Below, piece by piece: positions 38,504 to 48,335 of a stretch of 64,000 nt of DNA. A program made the translations under genes and the position numbers. A model generated the notes under the pieces. It had not been told where the DNA came from and did no database searches. It saw only the letters and a list, made by a program, of their open reading frames with translations. Position 1 is the first letter of the stretch. Each line of letters opens with the position of its first letter. Source of the stretch: Octopus sinensis (taxonomy: Eukaryota); the NCBI RefSeq assembly GCF_006345805.1, contig NC_042997.1, forward strand, positions 167,710,001-167,774,000, given 5' to 3'.

Positions 38504-39269
38504 AAATGCCTATCATTTATTGACCTCGTGAAAATTAAGTGTCGTATCTATGGGCATAACTCAATTGGAACCCTCCAATCCTTCAGCTTAACACCATATC
38601 GACTCTGCTGTTTGCAGTTATCCAGTTGCTGTACTTACTTGATACGATATCATCTCTGTTCAAGTAGACCTAAAACCGTTCCAACTGTGACCATCTCTTC
38701 TTTTCAGGACATACTTTATATCATATTACATTATTCAAATTATTCAATGTTTTTCCTTTGCTTTTTTATTAGGAAGAGAGTCGGATGTAATATCAGTGAG
38801 ATTTGGTTGTTATTTCTAGCAGGCCGAGCGTCCACATAGAGGCCCATTCACTCGGTTTATGTTAGTTGTTGTCAAAGAATTGTGGCTGAGCTGAGTAAAC
38901 AAGGAAACAAAAATGATTTGCAACATAAACAGGCATGTTAGAACACGATGACACACAAGCAGTAAGAAATTAAGCTTGTGATAAAGAAATACTTGAGCAG
39001 TTTAAAAATCTTTTAGCAAGACTGTAATAATGGTTGTAAATACGTAGATTGCGAGGGTTTCTTAACAATAGCATGGGAATGAAATGTCTAATAAAAAGAA
39101 ATAGTTAGAAATATAAAGTGAAAGAATAAAGATAATTAAATACGAGCTGTACAATACATACGCGCGCGGATTTTTCGGTCAAGTTCTGCGTAATGAAATA
39201 TATAGAAGAACAGTCAGACAAAAAAAAAAGTATATTGAAATGGCACACCTACACACCTGTGTCTCTAAT

Positions 39270-39594
39270 TTTGTTTCTTCATAACTTTCAGAGAAATGGG
39301 TATTTTTTAATGAATTTTTTTTCAGGTGGTATAGATTCCAATTACATCGGGATTTAATGCGAAAAAAATAATTGATGAACATGAATACATACATACTGAC
39401 ACACATCATATTTATATCTACAAAATGAAACCTAAAAATTTTGAAAAAACAATGTGATATGTGTTATTTTGTACGCGTCTATGTTTTTCTTCATGTTAAA
39501 TTCCGATATAATCGGAATCATCACTATCTGAAAGGTATTTATAGAAAATGTCATTAAAAATTACCCATTTTTCACAAAGTTATGTGGAAACAAA
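39270..39594. repeat. Old imperfect inverted repeat (MITE/foldback remnant)
   Basis: 39270-39357 and 39497-39594 are approximate reverse complements (CATAACTTT...AAATGGGTA.TTTTTAATGA...GATTCC.ATTA.ATCGG.ATTTAA). Confidence 0.5.
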
Positions 39595-39839
39595 GTTGGG
39601 GAGGGGACATACTTGTGTCAGTATCCCAGTATAGTAATAATTTATTTTGCCAGATATAAGACCAGTTTCTTCATGAAAATTGAAAAACTATCGTCAGTTG
39701 AATCAACTCCAGTATCTTTGAGGTACTATTGTTTACTAACACTTCATCCACGAGATGGAGAATGAATTCGATCTTGAACACAAAACCTACAAGCATTAAA
39801 TAATGCCATAAGGTAACAATTGTCTAAGTGCTGAACTGT

Positions 39840-40445
39840 TTCTTATTTCTTTATTGCCCACAAGGGGCTAAACATAGAGGGGACAAACAAGGAGAGACAC
39901 AGGGATTAAGTCGATTACATCGACCCCAGTGCGTAACTGGTACTTAATTTATCGAGCCCGAAAGGATGAAAGGCAAAGTCGACCTCGGCGGAATTTGAAC
40001 TCAGAACATAGCGGCCGACGAAATACCTATTTCTTTACTACCCACAAGGGGCTAAATACAGAGAGGACAAACAAGGACAGACAAACGGATTAAGTCGATT
40101 ATATCGATCCCAGTGCGTAACTGGTACTTATTTAATCGACCCCGAAAGGATGAAAGGTAAAGTCGACCTCGGTGGAATTTGAACTCGGAACGTAACGGCA
40201 GACGAAATACCTATTTCTTTACTACCCATAAGAGGCTAAACACAGAGAGGACAAACAAGAACAGACAGACGGATTAAATCGATTATATCGACCCCAGTGC
40301 GTAACTGGTACTTATTTAATCGACCCCGAAAGGATGAAAGGTAAAGTCGACCTCGGTGGAATTTGAACTCAGAACGTAACGGCAGACGAAATACGGCCTC
40401 GCATTTCGCCCGGCGCGCTAACGTTTCTGTCAGCTCGCTGCCTTA
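39840..40445 (-). mobile_element. Tandem SINE family A trimer (one head, three ~180-bp bodies)
   Basis: Units joined at GAAATACC|TATTTCTTTAC; tRNA head only at 40390-40445. Confidence 0.9.
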
Positions 40446-40482
40446 ATTGTTTAACTGTTTCTGTCACACTGAATGTAACAAC

Positions 40483-40757
40483 TGTGGTTGATGAAAGGAG
40501 CACAACGGAAACAAGGAAATAGGAAACAGAAGTGCAATAAGGTCTTACCTGACAGGGGATGAAGTCGGATGGCCTTCAGCCAACTTGCTCGCGTGTTGTC
40601 GTCTCGGTGCCTTGCTGGGGTCTGCCGCAGCCGGTCGATGCCGCACGTGCGTTGAGTCACTCGCTTCCGCTTCCGCCGGCGCATGCGCCCTGCAAGACCT
40701 GTAAGCATCACTTCCGCTCCCGCCCGTCCCGTCACACTCCTTCATCACCACACCACA
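40483..40757 (-). repeat. 3' LTR
   Basis: No difference from 44447-44721 on base-by-base reading. Confidence 0.95.
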
Positions 40758-40766
40758 CGCCCCCCT
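40758..40766 (-). other. Polypurine tract AGGGGGG(CG)
   Basis: Immediately upstream of the 3' LTR on the element strand. Confidence 0.8.
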
Positions 40767-40793
40767 GATCTATAAATCACTGAGCCGGCTTCC

Positions 40794-43700
40794 TCACTCG
40801 CTCCCGCACCCGAAACTGGTTTCATAATCAGCCAGCCAGGGAGGAGGGTGCCGCTCCCTCTGTGGTCGCAGCGCGACCCTAGGACTTGTTTCTGGTGTGT
40901 TGCTGTCGACCTCGTCATCCTGTCGGTTGTTTTCGTCCTGCCCACTGTTGCTTGTCCCATCCTCTGGGGCATGGACAATCCTCCGTATGTCCAAAACGTG
41001 GCGTGGCATACCATCGATGGAGATGTTATTCTTCGAATTTACGGAGGTTATTGTCCCCTTTCCCCATTGCGATGTACACCGTGCGTTTGGGGGTTTTACC
41101 CAGACTTCCTCCCCGACCCGCACGAAGGCGTGCTCTTCCTCTGCCCCGGGTTGCATTGATTTAGTACACGGATGCCTCCACTCGTACCTGAATATTGCTC
41201 TGTGTGGCACCGATTCCTCAGCCTGTCCGGATCGGGGAGACAAGTTGTACCAAAAAACTGCTTCAAGCGGCGAAATGTGCCCTCTTTCCGCTATGGCCTT
41301 GACTGTCCGATGGTGCCTCTCCACGATCCCGTTACCGCCCGGCCTATACGCTGCTCTGAACAAGCGTCGCACGTTCCACCGATCAAGCATAACCCTCAAT
41401 GCTTCCGAACGAAATGCCGCCCCGTTGTCCATCAGTAGTTCTTCCACGGGACCTCTCTCTAAAAATATCCCGTTCAGGATCTGCACGATCTCGTCAGCAT
41501 TGCCCGATCTCAACTCCCTCCAAATGGCCAGCCGGCCCGGCCCACAGTCGACCATGGAGAGGTACGTTCGCTGACGGTAGTGTGTCACATCCACAGCTAG
41601 CCTTTTCCAGTTCTGCTCCACGGAAAGGCTTCCCTGTTCATGCCCACACGGAGCAGGGTCGATGGACTGACACCTGTCGCAGCTCCCGACCACCTTCCGG
41701 ACGCTTCTCCTGGTCACGTCAGCATCAATCTTTTTTGCCAGATACAGGGTCCTGTCCACAACCAGGTGATGCATAGCGTGCAATTTCTTCAGCTCGGAGT
41801 CATCCAACCGACACGCCGCAGCTATCCCTCTCCGCGCCTCCTCCGGTTCTTCCAACCACGCCCTTTTCACCCTGGTCAGTACGTCCGCCTTGTTTTTCTC
41901 CGAAGGCACGAAGACCACGTTCAGCTTCAGTCCGAATTCGGCGATCAGTTCACCTAGAACTCCTAGACGGCGCTTCACTAACATCTCCGCAGCACCTTTC
42001 GTCCGCACTCTCCTGTCACCGGTGATCACTGATCCTACCCAGCCAAGCACAGTGGCCGAATCCGTCCGCATTTCAATCGTGCGCAGCCCCCATTTCAAGG
42101 CCAAGTTCACCCCTTTCAGCAGCGCGTCTAGTTCGGCGACATTGATGTGGTTGAAATCATCTGCTTTCCGAAGCCAGGCCGCGTCCTCCACCGCAGTGCC
42201 TTCGATTGCCAACACCACCCCTATCGCTATACTGCTAGCATCACACCAGACAGTCCCGCATTTCGTCCTGGGCACGTACCAGTTCCCCCTGGCCGGGTCT
42301 TCCGCTCTTGTCCTCTCTAGGATCTCCTGCATCATCGCCACCGTCCCTTCTCCCACCTTGTCGCCCCACCTCTCTCCTTCTGCTCGTCTCTTGGTGTAAC
42401 TACACGCCGTGCGCAGCCATCCAGCGATCGGGTAGTGACCGACCAACTTCCCACACACCGAGAACAGCTCTCTCCTGCTGACGCTGGAACTCAGCTCTGG
42501 GATTTCATTTCCTCTCCGGAACACCAATTCACCTGATCTATCTCTTCGCAGCTTCAGCCCCAGCGCGGCTCCCCCTTCAATCGACTCCGGCGGCTTAGCA
42601 ATCAGTCCGAACTTCTCCAGATGTCTCACTACCTCGTCGGCTGCCACTACAGTTTCGTCCACCAAAATGTCGTCAATGTAGGAGCTGGTGGCCTTTCTAA
42701 TCTTGCCGTCTTTCCCTAGGACGGACCTAAGCACTGCCGACATGATCTTCGGAGCAGAATTCAGCCCGAAACCCAGCCTGGTTAGACAGTACGTCCGGCC
42801 CTTGTACCGCACCAGCTGATATCGCCATAGTTTGTCGCTCACATGGAGCTGCAAGTATGCCGATCTCAAGTCGACAATCGTCGCTGCCTCAGTCGACTGT
42901 CTCCACTTGCGTAATGCCTCACCACAAACGTCTGTCGCCTCACCTCCCGTGTGACACGATATGTGCTGGTTTAACTCCCTGAAGTCCAGCACCGGTCTGA
43001 CTTTTCCCTTCGTAGGCTGCACCACCGCCATCAGGGGTAGCACTCCGCCCGCTACCTCCTCCTTCCAAGGGACAAGGATCCCTTCCTCGATCCACCTCTC
43101 GACCTCGTCTTCAAACTCAACCCTGGCGTGGCCTTTCAGAGTATGCTGGTAACAGCTCACCCTGTTCTCCAGTGTCGGGGGCTCGTCCTTCCATTTCCAC
43201 TCTATCGTCCACCGCTGACCATCGAAGTCCTTGTCCTCGATGGTGTAAGCGGCGCCGTCCCTCGCGGGGCTCTGTTCCCTCTGGTGATCCTGACTCGCAG
43301 TGCACGACGCCCCCACGCTTCCGAACGTGACCTTATTTCCCACAACGCTGACGCCACCGAGGCAGTTGATGGCGTCCATCCCCATAACCACATCAACTCC
43401 ATTTATCACGCGTTCGGCCACAATTGCCTGTAGCCTTAGCGTCGCGCCGCGCACCACTATCTCTACCGTGCTGCTGCCTCTGCAACGGATTTCGCTGCCG
43501 TCGACCGCCCGGACACTACACACCCCGTTCCATTCCTTCGTCACCAGGGTGGTCGTACAGCCCGTATCCACAAGGGCCTTGAACGTCTCCCCCTCGGCCT
43601 CCACGTCAATCACTGGCAGTGTCTCCAATAGCGCCTCTACTCGTTTGAGGGGAAAGTTCGAGAGGCAGCAACTTCCCCGCGGTCGTTTCCCTGGCCGCAA
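40794..43700 (-). CDS. pol: Pol polyprotein (protease, RT, RNase H, integrase), reached by -1 frameshift
   Basis: LVDTGC protease; RPVLDFRELN, DLRSAY, GFGLNSAP and YIDDILV in RT; CDAS..HINVAELDA..TDS..NKADVLTR in RNase H; HH..C..C, AVDVTH, DNG, NGIVER in integrase; no internal stop. Confidence 0.95.
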   Translation of the reverse strand: MRPGKRPRGSCCLSNFPLKRVEALLETLPVIDVEAEGETFKALVDTGCTTTLVTKEWNGVCSVRAVDGSEIRCRGSSTVEIVVRGATLRLQAIVAERVINGVDVVMGMDAINCLGGVSVVGNKVTFGSVGASCTASQDHQREQSPARDGAAYTIEDKDFDGQRWTIEWKWKDEPPTLENRVSCYQHTLKGHARVEFEDEVERWIEEGILVPWKEEVAGGVLPLMAVVQPTKGKVRPVLDFRELNQHISCHTGGEATDVCGEALRKWRQSTEAATIVDLRSAYLQLHVSDKLWRYQLVRYKGRTYCLTRLGFGLNSAPKIMSAVLRSVLGKDGKIRKATSSYIDDILVDETVVAADEVVRHLEKFGLIAKPPESIEGGAALGLKLRRDRSGELVFRRGNEIPELSSSVSRRELFSVCGKLVGHYPIAGWLRTACSYTKRRAEGERWGDKVGEGTVAMMQEILERTRAEDPARGNWYVPRTKCGTVWCDASSIAIGVVLAIEGTAVEDAAWLRKADDFNHINVAELDALLKGVNLALKWGLRTIEMRTDSATVLGWVGSVITGDRRVRTKGAAEMLVKRRLGVLGELIAEFGLKLNVVFVPSEKNKADVLTRVKRAWLEEPEEARRGIAAACRLDDSELKKLHAMHHLVVDRTLYLAKKIDADVTRRSVRKVVGSCDRCQSIDPAPCGHEQGSLSVEQNWKRLAVDVTHYRQRTYLSMVDCGPGRLAIWRELRSGNADEIVQILNGIFLERGPVEELLMDNGAAFRSEALRVMLDRWNVRRLFRAAYRPGGNGIVERHHRTVKAIAERGHISPLEAVFWYNLSPRSGQAEESVPHRAIFRYEWRHPCTKSMQPGAEEEHAFVRVGEEVWVKPPNARCTSQWGKGTITSVNSKNNISIDGMPRHVLDIRRIVHAPEDGTSNSGQDENNRQDDEVDSNTPETSPRVALRPQRERHPPPWLADYETSFGCGSE
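43633..43691 (-). promoter_or_regulatory. -1 programmed ribosomal frameshift signal (slippery site + H-type pseudoknot)
   Basis: G GGA AAC in gag phase (43685-43691), 6-nt spacer, stem 1 GGGGAAGTT/AACTTTCCCC, stem 2 GCCTCT/AGAGGC. Confidence 0.8.
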
Positions 43701-44401
43701 TCACGGGCAATGTGCCCTGTCTGCCTGCATCGATAGCAAACTGGGCCCAGCTGCGTACAGTCCCGCGCCATGTGCGGTCCCTGGCATTTAAAACATCGTC
43801 CTGAGAACGGCCGCTCTCGTTGCACGGTGGGCTTCCGTACCTCTTTCTCGGGACGTCGTCCGTCTTTACGCGCCTCCGTCACCGCCATCGCTATCCCCTT
43901 CCGCCCTGAGTGTCTCGTCAACCCGCGAGCATGAGTTACAAGCTCTCTCAATGGCATCTTTTTGACCCCGGGCAGTTGTTGTAGGTGAATCCCTACATCG
44001 TCGGGGAACCCATTTACGAATGCCAGTCGGGCTGCTCTCTCCAGTCCTTCTCCGGCAAACCCGGCCAGAGTCGCTAGCCTTCTAGCTTCCGCCGCAAAAT
44101 CATCCACCTGGCCTCCCGCCCACCTGATTGCACCCAGCTTAGCGAAAGCTGTGTACTCGCATTCCGTGTATGCGTCACACAAGCGCCGCTCTATATTCCC
44201 ATCGCAGAGCCGTTCTTTTTCGTCCATTTCTAGGTAAAGCGACAACGCACTTCCTTCCAAATACAGGGCCATAAGACTCGCCACGTCGCTTATGCCCTGC
44301 AGTCTCGCCACCAGCCTGATTTTCTGAATCCAGGCCACTACATCGCCTTCGCCGTTAAAAGGTCTGACGACGTCACTGGCGATCCTAATTTTTGCCGACA
44401 T
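43637..44401 (-). CDS. gag: Gag (254 aa, two zinc knuckles)
   Basis: CFKCQGPHMARDC and CYRCRQTGHIARDC; overlaps pol in the -1 frame. Confidence 0.93.
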   Translation of the reverse strand: MSAKIRIASDVVRPFNGEGDVVAWIQKIRLVARLQGISDVASLMALYLEGSALSLYLEMDEKERLCDGNIERRLCDAYTECEYTAFAKLGAIRWAGGQVDDFAAEARRLATLAGFAGEGLERAARLAFVNGFPDDVGIHLQQLPGVKKMPLRELVTHARGLTRHSGRKGIAMAVTEARKDGRRPEKEVRKPTVQRERPFSGRCFKCQGPHMARDCTQLGPVCYRCRQTGHIARDCGQGNDRGEVAASRTFPSNE

Positions 44402-44434
44402 CGTGTTGAAAAAAAATGTGAACGCTGACTAAAT

Positions 44435-44446
44435 GCCGAAATAGCT
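44435..44446 (-). other. Non-canonical primer-binding site complementary to tRNA-Phe nt 1-12
   Basis: Element strand AGCTATTTCGGC directly after the LTR CA; its complement GCCGAAATAGCT is the 5' end of vertebrate/insect tRNA-Phe(GAA) as recalled. Confidence 0.65.
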
Positions 44447-44721
44447 TGTGGTTGATGAAAGGAGCACAACGGAAACAAGGAAATAGGAAACAGAAGTGCA
44501 ATAAGGTCTTACCTGACAGGGGATGAAGTCGGATGGCCTTCAGCCAACTTGCTCGCGTGTTGTCGTCTCGGTGCCTTGCTGGGGTCTGCCGCAGCCGGTC
44601 GATGCCGCACGTGCGTTGAGTCACTCGCTTCCGCTTCCGCCGGCGCATGCGCCCTGCAAGACCTGTAAGCATCACTTCCGCTCCCGCCCGTCCCGTCACA
44701 CTCCTTCATCACCACACCACA
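44447..44721 (-). repeat. 5' LTR
   Basis: TG..CA, followed on the element strand by the PBS and a ~33-nt leader to the gag ATG. Confidence 0.95.
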
Positions 44722-45499
44722 ACAACGTCGAACAGGGAGTGAGGATTACTAAAACAAAAGGTGTCTGTTTCCTTTAAGCCATCATAAAAGACAGAAATTT
44801 GAAGATCTCTGGAAATGTAACTTCAACAGTTTCTCAGGAGCCCGTTTATTTAAACGAAAGTTTAAATAAAGAAATGGCAACAGTAATAGTGATTTATCTT
44901 ATTAGCTACTAGATTCAAAAGATTCAATAAAATACAAAGAACATTAAAGACAATGGGGTTTACAATATGTATGGACATGAACTAAGTCATTTTAAAAGCT
45001 AAACGTTGGGAGGGGTGAAGCCATAATATAATAGACGGATTAAAAATTTAATGGAACATGAAGTAAGTATAAAATAAACTGTTTCTGAGATAGGTTCAGG
45101 GATTGAAATTTGGCTGAAGGATTATCCGGTAAAAGAATGAAACTGAAAGTGACCTCGGCAGGGTTTGAACTCAGATCATAAAATGTTGGATGAAACGACC
45201 ACAAGGCATTCTCCCATCATACTAACGGTTCTGCAAATTCACTACCCTTAAATAAAAAATACATAATATATAAATACACAATAATTAAAATGATTTAAAG
45301 CTGAAAACCATGTAAAACATATAGGGCTAGCCGCCCGCACACGGGTGGGAACTTATGGATTAGGCTGGACTGGAGCTCCCCACAATTCTACCCTAGTCCT
45401 TGTACAGAGTTCTGTTGCATCCCAAAATACCGGGTTATGAATATCCTATTGAATTCGGCTGCTTTTTGTTTCATGCTTTCCTAATTCCACAGTAAGCAC

Positions 45500-46560
45500 T
45501 TTATTAATATTCTGCCTTTTACACGTTTATAATTTTTGTCTTTAAAAGGCTCTTCCAAAACTATTTCGCCTATAAGCTCGTATGACGATGTAATAAATGT
45601 ACCCAGTACCTCTTCGCTACCAGTCACAATACTGTGAATTCCACGATGCTTTAATGGGAAGGTGGAACCTCCACACTTTTACATCATTTTTTTAGCTCCC
45701 CTCCCCTTTTTTTGCATCTTATATTTTCAGCGAGGGTTTGAAATCCTTGGTCTTTTTGCATCCCCTCATGTTGCTCACAAGACGATAGGGTGGTGCTGCT
45801 GGTTGCTACGGTCGGGGAACAGGGTATCCGCTAACATGTTTTCAAAACTGTATACAGGATAACCTCCTCCAGCATTTCTGGAGTTGTGACTGAAGCTACC
45901 TTCGAAACTATGGTGGGGGCTGCTGATCTTGTTGCTGTCCCAGTTGTTCTCCACTACTTTCCTCTCTTCTCCGCTTTCTTGCTGTATTTTTTTATTTCTT
46001 CAGAGCAAAACGTCCTCAAGGCGTTTTTACCACCATATCTATAACAATTAGTCCTTTGGATTTTTTCGGTTTGAACGGCAGTTTTTAACGTAATTTCTAG
46101 GTAACTAAAAAATCTTAAACTTCGTATACTGATAGAATGTATTTATAAAACATCTTTTTCTCTTGGTTTTATTGAGAAAATTCTATAGTTTGTAAGATAT
46201 TTGTTGTTTTTTTCTTCAATTTCTGCAATTTCAACCAATCAATTACGTCCATTGAGGTAAAAAAAAAACATTCTGTGCCGTATGAATATGTCCCTCGTTT
46301 AAGAAACAGATTGGCTTTATTTACATTTGTGAAGAAAAAGAAGATACCCTTCCCCCACCCCTAACCCTAACCCTAAAACAGATTGAAATGCAATAGATCG
46401 ATACTAGGGTCATATTTATGAGTGACAATTTCATATGACACCGCTAGAAAAAATTGCCGTTCAAACCGAAAAGATCAAGTCCTTTCGTTCGGCACCATCA
46501 GTCTTATGCTCTTTGTCACTTAACCAAGCAAAGTTCTGGTTTGGCCCTGTAGCTTTCGAA
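45500..46560 (-). mobile_element. Degraded LINE ORF1-like remnant, split by a MITE
   Basis: Degenerate knuckle CYRYGGKNALRTFC followed by a low-complexity T/A/S-rich tract; many stops. Confidence 0.35.
46058..46477. mobile_element. MITE with ~29-bp TIR and 8-bp TSD, carrying (CCCTAA)3
   Basis: TIR (T/G)GAT(C/T)TTTTCGGTTTGAACGGCA; TSD AGTCCTTT at 46050-46057 / 46478-46485. Confidence 0.8.
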
Positions 46561-47029
46561 GGTGATTAAAACTTGCACATTCATTTTCATTTCTCCTAAT
46601 CACATGTTTCTCTTCGGTACCTCTGCGCTTACCACCCACCCATATTGTAATACGGAAATATCGACCAGCTAAGGGTGATCAGTTTTTGTTTCAAACATTA
46701 ATGGTTTCTTTTACAATATTTTAAAATTATTTTGTTTTTGTCACTTTTCTCTCTAATAATCAAGACTTATATTTGAGAGCCGGTTTTTACCAATATTTTG
46801 CGTTGAATATCAATTAACAATACTAAAAGTAAACTATATAAATGTCTTTTTTCACGGCCTGACAAAGGTGGGAGAAAAATTAATAACAAACAACTTAACT
46901 TTCTTTAAATCAATTCCAATAATTTAACGAAGAAAATGCCATGAACTTTCGGAACAGTATCACAAATATTAATTCGGAAACGAGAGTACTGTGAGGTATA
47001 CCTGGAAAACACATAAGCCAATAATAATG

Positions 47030-47722
47030 GTTTCAAGTTTTGGCATAGAGCCAACAGTCTTAGTCGATTACCTTGACCCCAGTGCTTAACTGGTACTTAT
47101 TTTACTGACTTGAAACGGATTCAAAGCAAAATCGATCTCGGCAGAAATCGAACTCAGAATACAAAGAGTAGGAAAAAATGTCGCTAAGTATTTTGTCCCA
47201 TGTGTTAACGATTCTACCAGCTCGCAACAGAGGTGTTGCTAGGTTCTAAAGTTAGTAGGGAGCGAACATATAAAAAAAGGCGCCGTGACACATACCAAAC
47301 AATTTTTAATTCATTTCTCTTATATTGTACGAAATGTTTCATTAGTTATAATATATACAATTGTATTCTACGTTCATTAATTTCATGTTTCAGTAACAAT
47401 GTCATTGCGTATGGAACTTAAAACTACTGAAATAGGTGTGCTTTGAAAAAGATGAAACTCCACGGAGTCTTCCAGGTTATGACGTCAGGGTTTGTTTTGT
47501 TTCTTCAGATATCAGAAGCCTCCGACACAACTAAGGAGATTCAGCAGACAATTAAAAAACATGAAAGGTCAGTCAAATAGAGTAATAATTCAATAACTAC
47601 TTCGACCCCAGTGTTTCGCTGATATTTGATTTATCAACCTCGAAAGGATGAAAAGTAAAGTCGACCGCGGTGGAATTTGAACTCAGAACGTAAAGACGAA
47701 CGAAATGCTAACCCGTCGACTG

Positions 47723-47765
<43 letters not shown>

Positions 47766-48335
47766 TTAATAATAGTTTCTACTAAGGGGCTAGTTAATTA
47801 CATAGAACACCAGTACTTGACTGGTACTTATTTTATCGAACCCAAAGAGTGAAAGGCAAAATTGATCCCGGTGGAATTTGAACATACGCTAAACATTTCT
47901 TCAGACACGCTAATGATTCTGCCAGCTCGTTACCTTTATAATAAAAACGGCTTCTAATTTAGGGACAAGGAAATGAGTTTACTAGATATCGTCGATCCCA
48001 GCATTTGACAGATACTTTATTTATCGACCTTGAAAGAATGAAAAGCAAAGTATCGGTGTGACTGGAATTTAGAACGTAAAGAACCGGAATAAATGCTGCA
48101 AGGCATTTCCAATCCAACACCTTTAACAAGTATTTCTCCAAGAGAAAAACAAAAACCATAACTGAAAAACCCACAACTCACTTTTGAGGGAAGATGGATA
48201 GATCGATTATATCGATCCCAGTGCTGAACTGGCTTTTTATTTTATTGACCATGAAGCGATGAAAGACAAAGTTGATTTCGATGGGGTTTGAATTCATAAT
48301 ATAAAAACTGGAACAAACACCAATGATCTAACGAT
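47030..48335 (-). repeat. Cluster of about five degenerate SINE family A remnants plus (TAA)n
   Basis: Recurrent GACCCCAG..CTGGTACT..GGATGAAAG.CAAAGT..GAACTCAGAA pieces near 47030, 47590, 47800, 47985 and 48190. Confidence 0.65.

Larger units (their letters stand above)
40483..44721 (-). mobile_element. Apparently intact LTR retrotransposon (Gypsy-type order PR-RT-RH-IN), 4239 bp
   Basis: 275-bp TG..CA LTRs, 5-bp TSD ACAAC (40478-40482 / 44722-44726), open gag and pol, PPT; clearly more GC-rich than its flanks. Confidence 0.97.

Noticed and set aside
39840-40445. CRISPR-like periodicity (also 60191-60781 and 26380-26550)
   Set aside because: Units are SINE bodies or LINE-tail subrepeats without unique spacers; eukaryotic context; no cas genes.
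40848-43791. Long plus-strand ORFs antisense to pol/gag (225, 169, 163 aa etc.)
   Set aside because: Shadow frames expected opposite a GC-rich coding region; no motifs, no separate promoter evidence.
44447-44721. Tf1/sushi-type self-priming of the LTR element
   Set aside because: The complement of the PBS (GCCGAAATAGCT) is absent from the LTR on the element strand.
44385-44777. ORFs of 68-104 aa duplicated in both LTRs
   Set aside because: By-products of GC-rich LTR sequence; no homology recognised.
46359-46376. Interstitial telomere or fusion site
   Set aside because: Only three units, and they lie inside a TIR/TSD-bounded MITE.
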